Origin: Hemiscyllium ocellatum
Lineage: Eukaryota
Direction: 5' to 3'
NCBI RefSeq assembly: GCF_020745735.1
Contig: NC_083417.1
Coordinates: 29,016,001 to 29,080,000, forward strand
Length of the DNA: 64,000 nucleotides
Of the stretch, positions 27,763-39,500 are shown piece by piece; position 1 is the stretch's first letter, and each line of letters opens with the position of its first letter. The notes beneath the pieces were generated by a model. The model was given only the letters and a program-made list of their open reading frames with translations, ran no database searches and was not told the origin of the DNA. The position numbers and the translations under genes were made by a program.

Positions 27763-28580
27763 TAGAGTCATAGAGTCATAGAGATGTACAGCATGGAAAC
27801 AGACACTTTGGTCCAACCCATTCATGCCAACCAGATATTCCAACCCAATCTAGTCCCACCTGCCAGCACCCAGCTCATATCCCTCCAAACCCTTCCTATT
27901 CATATACCCATCCAAATGCCTATTAAATGTTGTAATTGTACCAGCTTCCACCACTTCCTCTGGCAGCTCATTCCAGACATACCACCCTCTACATGAAAAA
28001 GTTGCCCTTTTATATCTTTCCCCTCTCACCCTAAACCTATGCTCTCTAGTTCTGGACTCCCCGACACCAGGAAAAATACTTTGCCTATTTACCCTATCCA
28101 AGCCCATCATAATTTTGTAAAGCTCTATAAGGTCACCCCTCAGCCTCCGACACTCCTGGGAAAACAGCCCCAGCCTGTTCAGCCTCTCCCTATAGCTCAA
28201 ATCCTCCAACCCTGGCAACATTCTTATAAACCTTTTCTGATCCTTACAAGTTTTACAACACCTTTCCGATAGGAAGGAGACCAGAACTGCATGCAATATT
28301 CCACCAGTGGCCTAACCAATGTCCTGTACAGCCACAACATGACCTCCCAACTCCTGTACTCAATACTCTGACCAATAAAGGAAAGCATACCAAACACCTT
28401 CTTCACTATCCTATCTACCTGCGACTCCACTTTCAAGGGGCTATGAACCTGCACTTCAAGATCTTTGTTCAGCAACACTCCCTAGGACCTTACCATTATG
28501 TGTATAAGTCCTGCTAAGATTTGCTTTCCCAAAAAGCAGCACTTTGCATTTATCTGAATTAAACTCATCTGCCACTTCTC
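27763..28580 (-). mobile_element. CR1/HER1 LINE 3' portion
   Basis: ORFs 28224-28478 and 27850-28296 encode the CR1 ORF2 C-terminus (RPLVEYCMQFWSP, LRGDLIE, WNELPEEVV); (CTATGACT)n tail. Confidence 0.92.
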
Positions 28581-29516
28581 TTATAGATTATATGCGGAAA
28601 GTTAATGAAAGCCTTAAATTTTATATATTGCAATATTATTATGAATGTATGGAAAACCTCGACCATAAAAGTGGGAGTACGTTCAAAATTGATCATGTGG
28701 ATTTACATTATATTTAAGAAGATTAATTTTAACCTCCACCTGTCCCCAAAAAGACTTTCCCTCTCATCACAACATTGCGACTTCATATCAACCCCAACGT
28801 TTTCACTGTTTAACAGTTTTTGAATCCCCCAACTGCATTAATTATCAATAAGGATTTTCAGGCAAGGTTGAGCTGAGGTCAAAGTGATATTATGTTCTCT
28901 GAATTAATAGAACCCATATTTTGATATAAAGGCAAAACCTCAATGCAAACAAAGTAAAATGTATGTGTTACAAAGTTCAATTTATATTGTTTCCCTGAAG
29001 CATCTAGAATGGGGGACAAAAGGTTAGATATCTGTGAGATCGTAAATGTAAGAATTATTCTTCAACTGCCATCCGGATGCAAACTCTTCTGGGAAGGTGG
29101 TCGGGTATGTTGTTTTGGCCAGTCACCTCAGAACTAAGACCTACGTACCATTTGAGAGATATGCTTCCCATCAATGCTTCCAGGAAGAGGGACAAACAGC
29201 AGACAAATGTTTGATATTCTGGGCAATGAACTTTGGTTTTGGTCCCTAAATCAATCAGATCAGGATTTTTGGATAAGTACTGATCTTCCACAGAGAAGTT
29301 AATTTTTAGAGGGAATGCGTTGAGCCTGGATGAATTGTTAGGAACAGTCATGGTACACGAGCAAATAGAACAGTGGTTTCTTAACTGTGGTCCATTGACA
29401 CTTGGGATTCTGTAAAGGGGTCTGAGAAATACAGTGGAAGTGCCTACTGAACCCATCTTGGAGTAATGTTGAAAGTTTGTGCGAAGATTTGTAGCTCGGG
29501 TGCTTGTTGTAGTGGT

Positions 29517-29643
29517 AAAAAATGAGGTCTGCAGATGCTGGAGATCACAGTTGAAAATGCGTTGCTGGTTAAAGCACAGCAGGTCAGGCAGCATCCAAGG
29601 AAAAGGAAATTCGACGTTTCGGGCATAAGCCCTTCATCAGGAA
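29517..29643 (-). mobile_element. PLE family A terminal unit (hammerhead + tail)
   Basis: Same sequence family as 32531-32664; begins at hammerhead stem I. Confidence 0.85.
29610..29643 (-). ncRNA. Minimal hammerhead ribozyme motif (family A)
   Basis: UUC-CUGAUGA-A-GGGC-UUAU-GCCC-GAAAC-GUC-GAA: intact core, 4-bp stem II, UUC/GAA stem I, ACGU palindrome in place of stem III. Confidence 0.75.
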
Positions 29644-29679
29644 GGGTATTGGCTCCTTTGTACTAGTAAGTTGTTGTCT

Positions 29680-30250
29680 CAAACCAACAGCCACGCTCAG
29701 ACAACAACTTACTAGTACAAAGGAGCCAATACCCAACATGAGCAAAACTAATGTAGTTTATAAAATACCATGCAAGGACTGCACAAAACACTATATAGGA
29801 CAAACAGGAAGACAGCTAACAATCCGCATACATGAACATCAACTAGCCACAAAACGACACGACCAGCTATCCCTAGTAGCCACACACTCAGACAACAAGC
29901 AACATGAATTCGACTGGGAAAACACTACTATCATAGGGCAAGCCAGACAGAGAACAGCCGGGGAATTCCTAGAGGCATGGCATTCATCCACAAACTCCAT
30001 CAACAGACACATCGACCTGGACCCAATATACCAATCACTACAGTGGACAGCTGAAACTGACGCCCGGAAGCGGCAAGGACAGACCACTATAAATGCCGGA
30101 AGAAACATCAAAGAAGTGCTTCGCAGGAGGCTCCAGAGCACTGATGATGTCTCCTAGCCAGGGGACGAAACGTTTGCAACAAAAACTTCCAGCTCGGCGA
30201 ACAGAACCACTACAACAAGCACCCGAGCTACAAATCTTCGCACAAACTTT
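29680..30250 (+). mobile_element. Penelope/Poseidon-type PLE 3' portion (family B) with GIY-YIG endonuclease ORF
   Basis: ORF 29738-30157 NVVYKIPCKDCTKHYIGQTGRQLTIRIHEH...EFLEAWHS; followed by hammerhead and tail. Confidence 0.9.
30138..30177 (+). ncRNA. Minimal hammerhead ribozyme motif (family B)
   Basis: GCA-CUGAUGA-U-GUCUCCU-AGCC-AGGGGAC-GAAAC-GUU-UGC: 7-bp stem II, GCA/UGC stem I, NUH triplet. Confidence 0.75.
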
Positions 30251-30525
30251 GAATATTACTCCAAAATGGGTTCAGTAGGCACTTCCACTGTATTTCTCAG
30301 ACCCCTTTACAGAATCCCAAGTGTCAATGGACCACAGTTAAGAAACCACTGTTCTATTTGCTCGTGTACCATGACTGTTCCTAACAATTCATCCAGGCTC
30401 AACGCATTCCCTCTAAAAATTAACTTCTCTGTGGAAGATCAGTACTTATCCAAATTGATCTGATTGATTTAGGGACCAAAACCAAAGTTCATTGCCCGGA
30501 ATATCAAACATTTGTCTGCTGTTTG

Positions 30526-30812
30526 AACTAGAGGGCATAGGTTTAGGGTGAGAGGGGAACAATATAAAAGAGACCTAAGGGGCAACCTTTTCACGGAGGG
30601 TGATATGTGCATGGAATGAGCTTCCAGAGGAAGTGGTGGAGGCTAGTACAATTGCAACACTTAAAAGGCAGTTTGATGCATATATGAATAGGAAAATTTC
30701 GGAGACATATGGGTCCAGTGCTGGCAGGTGGAACTAGATTGGGATATCCGGTCAGCGTGGACGAATTGGACTGAAGAGCCTGTTTCCGTGCTGTATATCT
30801 CTATGACTCCAT
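30526..30812 (+). mobile_element. CR1/HER1 LINE 3' end
   Basis: ACTAGAGGGCATAGGTTTAGGGTGAGAGGGG...CTATGACT tail, as in the other copies. Confidence 0.88.
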
Positions 30813-31097
30813 AACTAATGCCAAGTACATGTTCTTCAGGACACAATTTTCCTTAACATAGATGGGGATAGCTTATTTTTTCTAATTTGCTTTGAGATCG
30901 CTTGCTCCTCTGAGCTTCCTAGTGTATTGCCATTCATTAGTAATTTTGTGTCTTATTATTCTTTAAAACTGCATCACCTCACACTTTTCAGTGATAAATT
31001 CTACCTGACATTGATCTGCTCAGCTGACTATTCCATCAATATCATCCAGTAAACTGAGATCACTTTTCTTATTGTAAACCACCCAGACAATCTTTAT

Positions 31098-31304
31098 TCT
31101 GGATCATTGGTGCTGGAAGAGCACAACAGTTCAGGCAGTATCCAACGAGCAGCAAAATCGACGTTTCGGGCAAAAGCCTTCTGGGCTTTTGCCCGAAACG
31201 TCGATTTTGCTGCTCGTTGGATACTGCCTGAACTGCTGTGCTCTTCCAGCACCACTGATCCAGAATCTGATTTCCAGCATCTGAAGTCATTGTCTGGGGT
31301 AAAA
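31098..31304 (+). mobile_element. Fold-back PLE mini-element, family A
   Basis: About 80-bp near-perfect inverted arms joined at the two hammerhead stem II halves (GGGCAAAAGCC-TTCT-GGGCTTTTGCCC); TSD ending ACAATCTTTAT at 31087-31097 and 31305-31315. Confidence 0.88.
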
Positions 31305-31533
31305 ACAATCTTTATGTCATCACAAACTTACTTATCACTCCAATACATTTTCTTCTATATTGTTTATATGTACCATGAACAATAACTCTCCCAAAATTGA
31401 TATCCTTGTCTTTTTTTACGACTTTTTTTACAAGCTGGAGCAGTGCACTGTCCCTCTAATCCACTACTCCACATAACATAAAAATACTCTTTCCAATTAC
31501 CAGGACGACCAAATAAAATACCCTATCCAGATT

Positions 31534-31687
31534 TGGAGATGCTGACGTTGGACTGGGGTGTACAAAGTTAAAAATCTCACAACACCAGGTTATAGTCCAA
31601 CAGGTTTAATTGGAAGCACACTAGCTTTCGGAGCGTCGCTCCTTCATCTGATGTTGGACTATAACCTGGTGTTTTGTGATTTTTAAT
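31534..31687 (-). mobile_element. Fold-back PLE mini-element, family C, with hammerhead motif
   Basis: TSD TATCCAGATT at 31524-31533 and 31688-31697; minus strand (CA)GAUGA-A-GGAGC-GAC-GCUCC-GAAAG-CUA at 31622-31650. Confidence 0.8.
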
Positions 31688-32530
31688 TATCCAGATTAAG
31701 TTTTAAGTAAAAAGATCTACCAACCAGACTTTTTAAAAATAAATGCAATTATTTCATTATCAAAACAAAAAATGTTAAATTAATATGCAATTTCTGTTTA
31801 ACATACACAGTCAATAATATGGAAGTACAAATACTTATCCCTCTATCCACAATATACACACTTTAGGAAAGGAGAGAAAATATTTTGTTGTTTGCATAGA
31901 TTTATTTAACTTTACTTCTTCTTGTCATTTGCAACTGTTCTGTTAATTACATTTTTATTTGTTCTTTTCCTTGCCAGTACTTTTAGCAGATTTGGAAAGG
32001 GCTACTAGTGACTTGTTCAGTGAACATAGATTTTGCAGAACATCAACAATTTCCAACTTTTTTCCATGACTCAAACAGTGTAACTAAAGAAGATTAGATA
32101 ACTTATCTGCAAACACATTTTTAATCACAGAGTAATCAATCTTTTAATTCTGTCATGTCAGAAATCAAATTAGATTTAAACTATAACAAAATAACTGTGT
32201 TTGAGGATTCATACGTGGTGTTGAAAAACCTCCAGATGTCAGTCTTGGCTCCCTGTAAGGTAGCATTCTCAAGTCTAAGTTGGCAAATTGTGTTCAAAAC
32301 CCCACACCATATTTCTTGGGCATACAATTTCAACCAGCATTGAAGGGGTGCCGTTCAGATGGTTAGACAGCTTGTTTGTAATGCAGAGTAAAGGCAGGTT
32401 CAATTCCTGCACTGGCCGAGATTACTATGAATGATCCTCAATCTCTCCATTTGTGGTGACCCTCAGGTTAAACCACTGCCAGTCGTCCCCCCTGTAATAA
32501 AAGGGCAATCCTGTGGTCTGGTAAGGCTAC

Positions 32531-32664
32531 GAGTAAAAAGTGAGGTCTGGAGATGCTGGAGATCAGAGCTGAAAATGTGTTGCTGGTTAAAGCACAGCAG
32601 GTTAGGCAGCATCCAAGGAACAGGAAATTCGACGTTTCGGGCCAGAGCCCTTCATCAGGTCACT
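32531..32664 (-). mobile_element. 134-bp PLE family A hammerhead+tail insertion
   Basis: 15-bp TSD GTCTGGTAAGGCTAC at 32516-32530 and 32665-32679. Confidence 0.88.
32631..32658 (-). ncRNA. Minimal hammerhead ribozyme core (family A)
   Basis: CUGAUGA-A-GGGC-UCUG-GCCC-GAAAC-GUC, with all catalytic core positions intact. Confidence 0.65.
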
Positions 32665-32819
32665 GTCTGGTAAGGCTACAGTGACTTCACCTTTTGTTTT
32701 ATAGAGGGGATGCAGCTCTGTCTCTGGATGAGACATGAAATCCAAGCTCCCAGCCAGGAGCATTGTGCTACTCTGTAAAACCCACCCAATACCAGGCTGT
32801 CAGGAGGTGACCCACTGTG

Positions 32820-32990
32820 ACTCTGCGCGACTTTACTGTTCACAAACCGCGTGCTAATATCAACACACACCGTTTCCGCAGTGACATTCCGCAAACGCCA
32901 ACATTTACTTGGAGCAGCCATTGACAGCGACTCTGTTGTTGTTGCCGCCGCCGGAAGCGGAAGTGAGGCCGGTCACCAAGATGGCGGCGC
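32820..32990 (+). promoter_or_regulatory. COG8 CpG-island promoter with tandem ETS/GABP sites and a YY1 motif
   Basis: CCGGAAGCGGAAGTG at 32951-32965; CAAGATGGCGGC overlapping the ATG; CpG-rich relative to the window. Confidence 0.7.
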
Positions 32991-33523
32991 TGGGCATCGA
33001 CGTGGAGGATGAGAGTATCCTGGCGTCGATTTTCCGGGATTGTTTCCCGGAGAACTGGAGGGAGAACGCGGATTTCACGGTGTACCTGTCCGAGCTGAGC
33101 TCGTACGGAGTGGAGAAGCTGAACCGGGAGCCCGAGAGGCTGGCGGAGGACCGGGCCCAGATCCTGCAGCAGACCCAGCAGCTGGCCTTCTCCAACTACA
33201 AAACATTCATCAAAACCGCCGAGTGCACCAAGGAGATCTACCGAGACTTCGGCCTGGTCGAGAAGCACGTCTCCGCCCTCCTGGACAAGCTGCCCGGCCT
33301 CAGCGAGAAATGCAGGCAGTTCATCCGAGAGACGGAGGAGACCGGCGCCAGCAGGAGGATGAACAGCCTGACCCTGAACCGCCACACCGAGATCCTGGAG
33401 ATCCTGGAGATCCCTCAGCTCATGGACACCTGTGTCAGGAACGGCTACTACGAGGAGGCTCTCGAGCTGACCGCTTACGTGAAGAGGCTGGAGAAGAAAC
33501 ACTCTTCCATACCCGTTATACAG
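32981..33523 (+). CDS. COG8: COG8 coding exon 1
   Basis: [11 protein letters not shown]...SIPVIQ, donor CAG|GTATCA, phase 0. Confidence 0.95.
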
Positions 33524-36500
33524 GTATCAAAGCCAGGAAGGGCTGCAGAAACTCAATACAAGAACAGAAATGGCTGGAGAAACTCAGCAGGTCAAGCAGC
33601 ATCCGTGGAGAGAAAACAAGCGTTAACGTTTTGGGTCCAGTACGCTGCCCTCAGAACTGAAACACAGAGGAACCTCCATTATCTGAACGAAATGGGCAGG
33701 CACTGTTTCGTTTGGGTAATTGATTATTCGGTTAATTGATTCAATGCTTTTCCTCTGGGGCACGGAGTTTTCTGTTAATTCTGCTCCTGTCAGGTTGCTG
33801 TCAGACCTGCTGAGTTTCTCCAGAACTTTCTGATTTCATTTCCAATTTGCAGTGCCCATGGTATGTTGCCTGATGCACATGTCACTACCCTTTGTGAATG
33901 TCTGTCTTCAGTATTAGCTATGAGTGAGAATTGGTTTCAAAGTGTTCTGAATGTTGCATAATTCTTCACAATATGACATAAGGTCTTTTTCCCAGAGTAG
34001 GGGAGTTCAAAACTAGAGGACATAGGTTTAAGGTGAGAGGGGAACGATTTGAAAGAGACATAAGGGGTAACTTTTTCATGCGGAGGGTGATGCGTTTATG
34101 GAATGACCTGTCAGAGGAAGTGATGGGGGCTTGTATAATTACAGCATTTAAAAGGCACCTGGATGGATACATGAATAGGAAGGGTTTGGAGAGGTGTGGG
34201 CCAAATGCTGGCAAATGAGACTACAGGTAGTTCTTCCATAATTCGATGGTTGTGTTCTTGTGCAACTCCGCATTATAGAAAAATCGTGCTTTGTCAACAC
34301 TTTAAGCACTGATTGTAATGTACTTGCATTACAGCCAACACACGTTTTAAAAGTTCACGCTTTAGAAAGTGTTAACAATTTGTCAATTACATTGCAATGA
34401 ATTCACGTTAACGAAACGCGAGTTATAGCAGAATAACCTGTAGAATAATTTAGGAAATCTGGTCAGTGTGGATGAAATTGACTGAAGGGTCTCTTTCTGT
34501 GTTGTATAACTGTCACTGTCTAAGTAGACACACAAAAGCAAAATTTTACTGCAGATATTGGAAATCTGAAGCAAAAGTGGAAAATGCCAGGAAGTTATTT
34601 AAAAATTAATAAATAAGGTGTGGGCTAGCACTTCTTGCCAGTTGGCCTTGAGAAGATAGTGGTGAGCTGGTTTCTTGAACTGCGGCAGTCCATTTATGTA
34701 GTTATATACACAGAGATGTTAAGGATGAAGTTCTACGATTTTGAAGGAACAGCGAAATAGTTGGAAAGCACTATCTAGAGAACCCTTGATGAATTTCTAC
34801 AGTGCATTTTGTAAGTGGCTAACACTACTGCTATTGTGTGCAGTAATGGAGGGAGTGAATGTTTTCAGGATGCGTTGCCATTGTATTTATGTAATTAGCT
34901 CAGTTTTAGTCAATGGTAAACCCTGCACACCCCCTCCCCCAAATAGCAACATAGGATTCAATGATGGTAATGGCATTGAATGTCAAGAACAATGGTTGGA
35001 TTGTCTGTTTGGAGTGCATGTGTGGCAAATGTTACAAATATGAGTTGCTAGTTGCCACTTGTTAGCCCAAGCCTGGATATTGTCCAGGTCTTGCTTTGTA
35101 TGAGCACAGATTGTGTCAATATCTGAGAAGTTGTAACTAGTGCTAAACACTGTGCATTTGGCCGGCACGGTGGCACAGTGGTTAGCACTGCTTCCTCACA
35201 GCGCCAGAGACCCGGGTTCAATTCCTGCTTCATGGCAACTGTCTGTGTGGAGTTTGCACATTCTCTCCGTGTCTGCATGGGTTTTCTCCGGGTGCTCCAG
35301 TTTCCTCCCACAGTCCAAAAATGTGCAGGTTAGATGAATTAGCCATGCTAATTGGTGAAGTGGTCAATGTAGGGGAATGGGTCTGGGTGGGTTGTTCTTC
35401 AGAGGGTCGGTGTAGACTTGTTGGGCCGAAGGGCCTTTATCCACACTGTAAGTAATCTAATCTAATCTAATCTAATCAGCAAACATCACCGCTTTGGAGA
35501 TATCTCCACTATGGAAGATAGGAAAAGGAGTAGCTGTTTGCCCCTTGACCGTGCTTTGATATTCAATATATTCATGGCTGGTGGGCCAATTCAATATTCT
35601 GTTCCCATGCCCTTTCAGCCTAAGAACTATATTTATCTCCTTGAAAACATTCAATTTTTGAGCCTCAACCACTTGCTGTAGTAAAGAATTACATCGGCTC
35701 ACCACTGTCTAGATGAAGAAATTTCTCCCCCTCTCTGACCTAAGTTGCCAGCCCCGTATCCTCAGACTATTACCCCCTGACTCTGGATTCCCCCGTCATT
35801 CGGAACATCTTTCCTGTGTTTATTAGTTATGCTAGAATTTTATAGGTTTCAATGAGATTCCCCCTCCTCTTCTAAACTCCAGTGAATACAGTCGTAACCG
35901 ATCCCGGGTCTTTTCGTTTGTTGGTCCTGCTATCCCAGAAATTGTCTGGTAAACTTTCATTGCATTCCTTCCACGGCCAGAACATCCTTCCTCAGTTAAG
36001 GAGGTCAAAATTCCATATAAGACTCCAAGTATGGTCTCACTGAGGCCAATGTATAATTGCAGCAAGACATCCCTACTCCGGTACTCAAGACATCTTTTGA
36101 AATCCAACATAACAATCTACCTTCTTTACTGCCTGCTGCACCTGCATGCTTACTTTCAGCGACTAGTTTACAAGGTCTTTCAGGTCTCTTTGCACCTCTC
36201 ACTTTATCCAATCTGTCACCATTCAAATAATCTATCTTTCTGGTTTTGCAATCACATCTTATTATATCTGCCATGCATTTGCACACTCAGTCAACTGAAG
36301 CATCTCTGCATCCTCCTCATAGTTCATCGTCCCACCTAGCTTTGTGTAGTCGTAGGGAGAGGCTGAACAGGCTGGGGCTGTTTTCCCTGGAGTGTCAGTG
36401 GTTAAGGGGTGACCTTATAGAGGTTTACAAAATTATGAGGGGCATGGTCAGGGTAAATAGGCAAAGTCTTTTCCCTGGGGTCGTGCAGTCCAGAACTAGA

Positions 36501-39500
36501 GAGCATAGGTTTAGGGTGAGAGGGGAAAGATATAAAAGAGACCTAAGGGGCAACATTTTCATGGAGAGGGTGGTACGGGTATGGAATAAGCTGCCAGAGG
36601 AATTGGTGGAGGCTGGTACAATTGCAACATTTAAGATTTAAGGGTCATTTGGATGGGTATATGAATGGGAAGGGTTTGGAGGGATATGGGCTGGGTGCTA
36701 GCAGGTGGGACTAGATTGGATTGGGATATCTGGTTGGCATGGATGAGTTGGACTTGGAAGGGTCTGTTTCCATGCTGTACATCGCTATGACTCTATATTA
36801 CATTTAGTTCCCTCATCTAAATTGTTGAAAAAGATTTTTAATAGTTGGGGTCAAAGCACTGATTCCTGTGGCATCCCACTGACTGCCACTCAGACAATGG
36901 CCTTTTTATTCCTACGTTGTTTCCTGCCTGTCAGCTTGTCTGGTTCTCTACTCATGCCAGTATACTGCCTTCAATCCCATCCATTTCAGTTTTAGCTACT
37001 AACCTCTTATGTGTAGCCTTATGAAGGGAGGAAGGTCAATGATGAAGTAGCTGCAATGTTAGTGCCTAGGCTACCACCCTGAGGAATTCCTGCAGAGATG
37101 TCCTGTAGCTGGGACAGATTGATGACCAGAAACATCATCTTTTGTGCTCGGTCTAACTCCAACCAGCAGAGTTTTCCCTTAATTTACATTGACTATAATT
37201 TTGTTACGGTTCTTTGATGCCATCCTTAGTCAAATGCGGCCTTGATGTGAATATTAATGACAAGGCCATTGTTTGTTGCTCACCCCTAATTGTCCTTATT
37301 GGGCGGCACGGTGGCACAGTGGTTAGCACTGTTGCCTCACAGCGCCAGAGACCCGGGTTCAATTCCCGACTCAGGCGACTGACTGTGTGGAGTTTGCACG
37401 TTCTCCCCGTGTCTGCGTGGGTTTCCTCCGGGTGCTCCGGTTTCCTCCCACAGTCCAAAGATGTGCGGGTCAGGTGAATTGGCCATGCTAAATTGCCCGT
37501 AGTGTTAGGTAAGGGGTAAATGTAAGGGTATGGGTGGGTTGCGCTTCGGCGGGTCGGTGTGGACTTGTTGGGCTGAAGGGCCTGTTTCCACACTGTAAGT
37601 AATCTAAAATAACTGAGTTGTAGCTGTAATTTTAAGTTTGTTTTAATGCAACAAAAGCGCTATCTAAAACTTATTCTTTATTCCACTCATTTTATACGTG
37701 TTGGTTTATCTTCTCATCTTTGCTTATGGGAAATATACATTCAATTCTTTTTAATCTAAATCTCTGAAACATTGGCTATTATTTTTCTCACGCAGGGAAT
37801 CGTGAATGAAGTGCGTTCTTCTGCTCAGTTGATGTTAAACCAGCTTATCCAACAGCTACGAACCAATATCCAACTTCCAGCGTGTCTACGGGTCATAGGC
37901 TATTTGAGAAGAATGGATGTATTCACTGAAGCTGAATTAAGAATAAAGTTTCTTCAAGCTCGAGATGCCTGGTTGAAATCTATGCTTGTCTCCATAATGG
38001 ACAATGATCCTTACTTTCACGTAACTAAAACAATTGAGGCTTGCCGAGTCCATCTGTTTGATATTATCACTCAATATCGTGCTATTTTCTCTGATGAAGA
38101 TCCTTTATTGCTTTCAAACAATCACACTGTGAATGAAAGTGCTATTTTCCATGGCTGGGTGGTTCAAAAGGTTTCTGAATTTTTGCAGACTCTGGAACTG
38201 GATCTTCAGAAGGGTGTAGGTGGCCGCTTGGATTCATTGCTGGGCCAATGTATGTATTTTGGGCTTTCTTTTAGTCGTGTGGGAGTAGATTTTCGAGGAC
38301 AGCTTGCTCCTATGTTTCAAAAGGTTGCTATGAATACTTTTGAGAAAGCAATTCAGGATGCTGTGGAGAAGTTTCAGGAAGACATGAATCTGTACACATT
38401 AACCTCTGCCCCTCCAATACTAGGCAGCACGATCCCTGTGTCTCTACCAACTAATCAGCCAGGCACTCTACAACCTCCAATGGTACTTCTGGACTTTCCT
38501 CCGCTGGCATGTTTTCTAAATAACAATTTGGCAGCTTTTAATGATCTTCGCCTCTGCTGTCCCATAGCACTTGCACAGGAGGTTACCATATGCTTGGAAG
38601 ATGCACTTGTGAAGGTATTTCAGCTATTGTTACCACACATAATTAAAGTATTTTAAAAACTTTAACGAAGCAACTTTAGGAATACACACAGCTGTGTTTT
38701 CTTACAGTTTAAATTCATTAAAGTACTAAATTCTCACTTCCTTTACGGTAATATTTGTTCCACTACAACCTTCCAACACTTAACTACTTTCCTGGGCATA
38801 TTTCATAAAAGGGGGAAAAAAGATGAGGCCAAATTTGTACAATTTCTGCAAAAATATAACGATAATCACATTGTTTGAATTTTAGAGAGTACTGTATTCC
38901 CATATTTAAATTAGTGTTTGTTTATATAGCAATGCTGATTATACATGGTATTCTAAGGATGGAAATAGAATTTCCAACTTAATATTATTGCCACAAGGGC
39001 ATTGTTTGAAGTTGTTGAATCCGTTATGTACTGTTCATGTCTTGCTTTTCAAAGGCATTGCTTCTAAAATTTGTCACATCCTAAAAAGGCTCAAAGAGGT
39101 TGGAAATGGGCAAGTATATGTCCGTTGACTTGACAGCTATTGAGTAAGACTGGAGCTTATTGTTGAGACTTCTTATTGTTATGACAGTCGTAACAATGCA
39201 CTTAGGTCATGATATGATCTGGCAGAGTCATATGGTTTCACAACAAGAAAACTGTTGACAAATGTATTTTTAAGATGCAACTAGCAGCAAAAAGGGGAAC
39301 CAGTAGCTGTAGTATACTTGGATTTCCAAGAGACATTCGGTAAGGTGCCACACAAAAAATTATGAAAGCTGGAGTTGAGGGAAATATACTAATTTGCATG
39401 AAGGATCAATTCAAAGGAAGCTGAAACTAGGGAGTTTGGAATTTGAAGTAAAATTTCAAAACCTGATAATTCTAAACTTGAAATATAGTTGATGTTGAGA

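Larger units (their letters stand above)
29193..30525. repeat. Long inverted repeat (arms 29193-29516 and 30206-30525) with an internal 36-bp hairpin
   Basis: Arms are reverse complements with a few substitutions and one small indel; inner perfect 36-bp arms at 29644-29679 and 29699-29734. Confidence 0.95.

Noticed and set aside
1-32800. Numerous 60-180 aa ORFs
   Set aside because: Derived from repeats or random; no coherent exon chain or host protein similarity recognised
32909-32980. In-frame N-terminal extension of COG8 from TTG
   Set aside because: Non-ATG start across promoter motifs; homology begins at ATG 32981
33524-33531. GTATCA donor as a possible U12-type intron
   Set aside because: Does not match GTATCCTT; the acceptor has an ordinary polypyrimidine tract
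32840-33660. Long overlapping ORFs (220 aa minus, 206 aa plus shifted) over COG8 exon 1
   Set aside because: Expected shadow ORFs of a very high-GC3 exon; no recognisable domains
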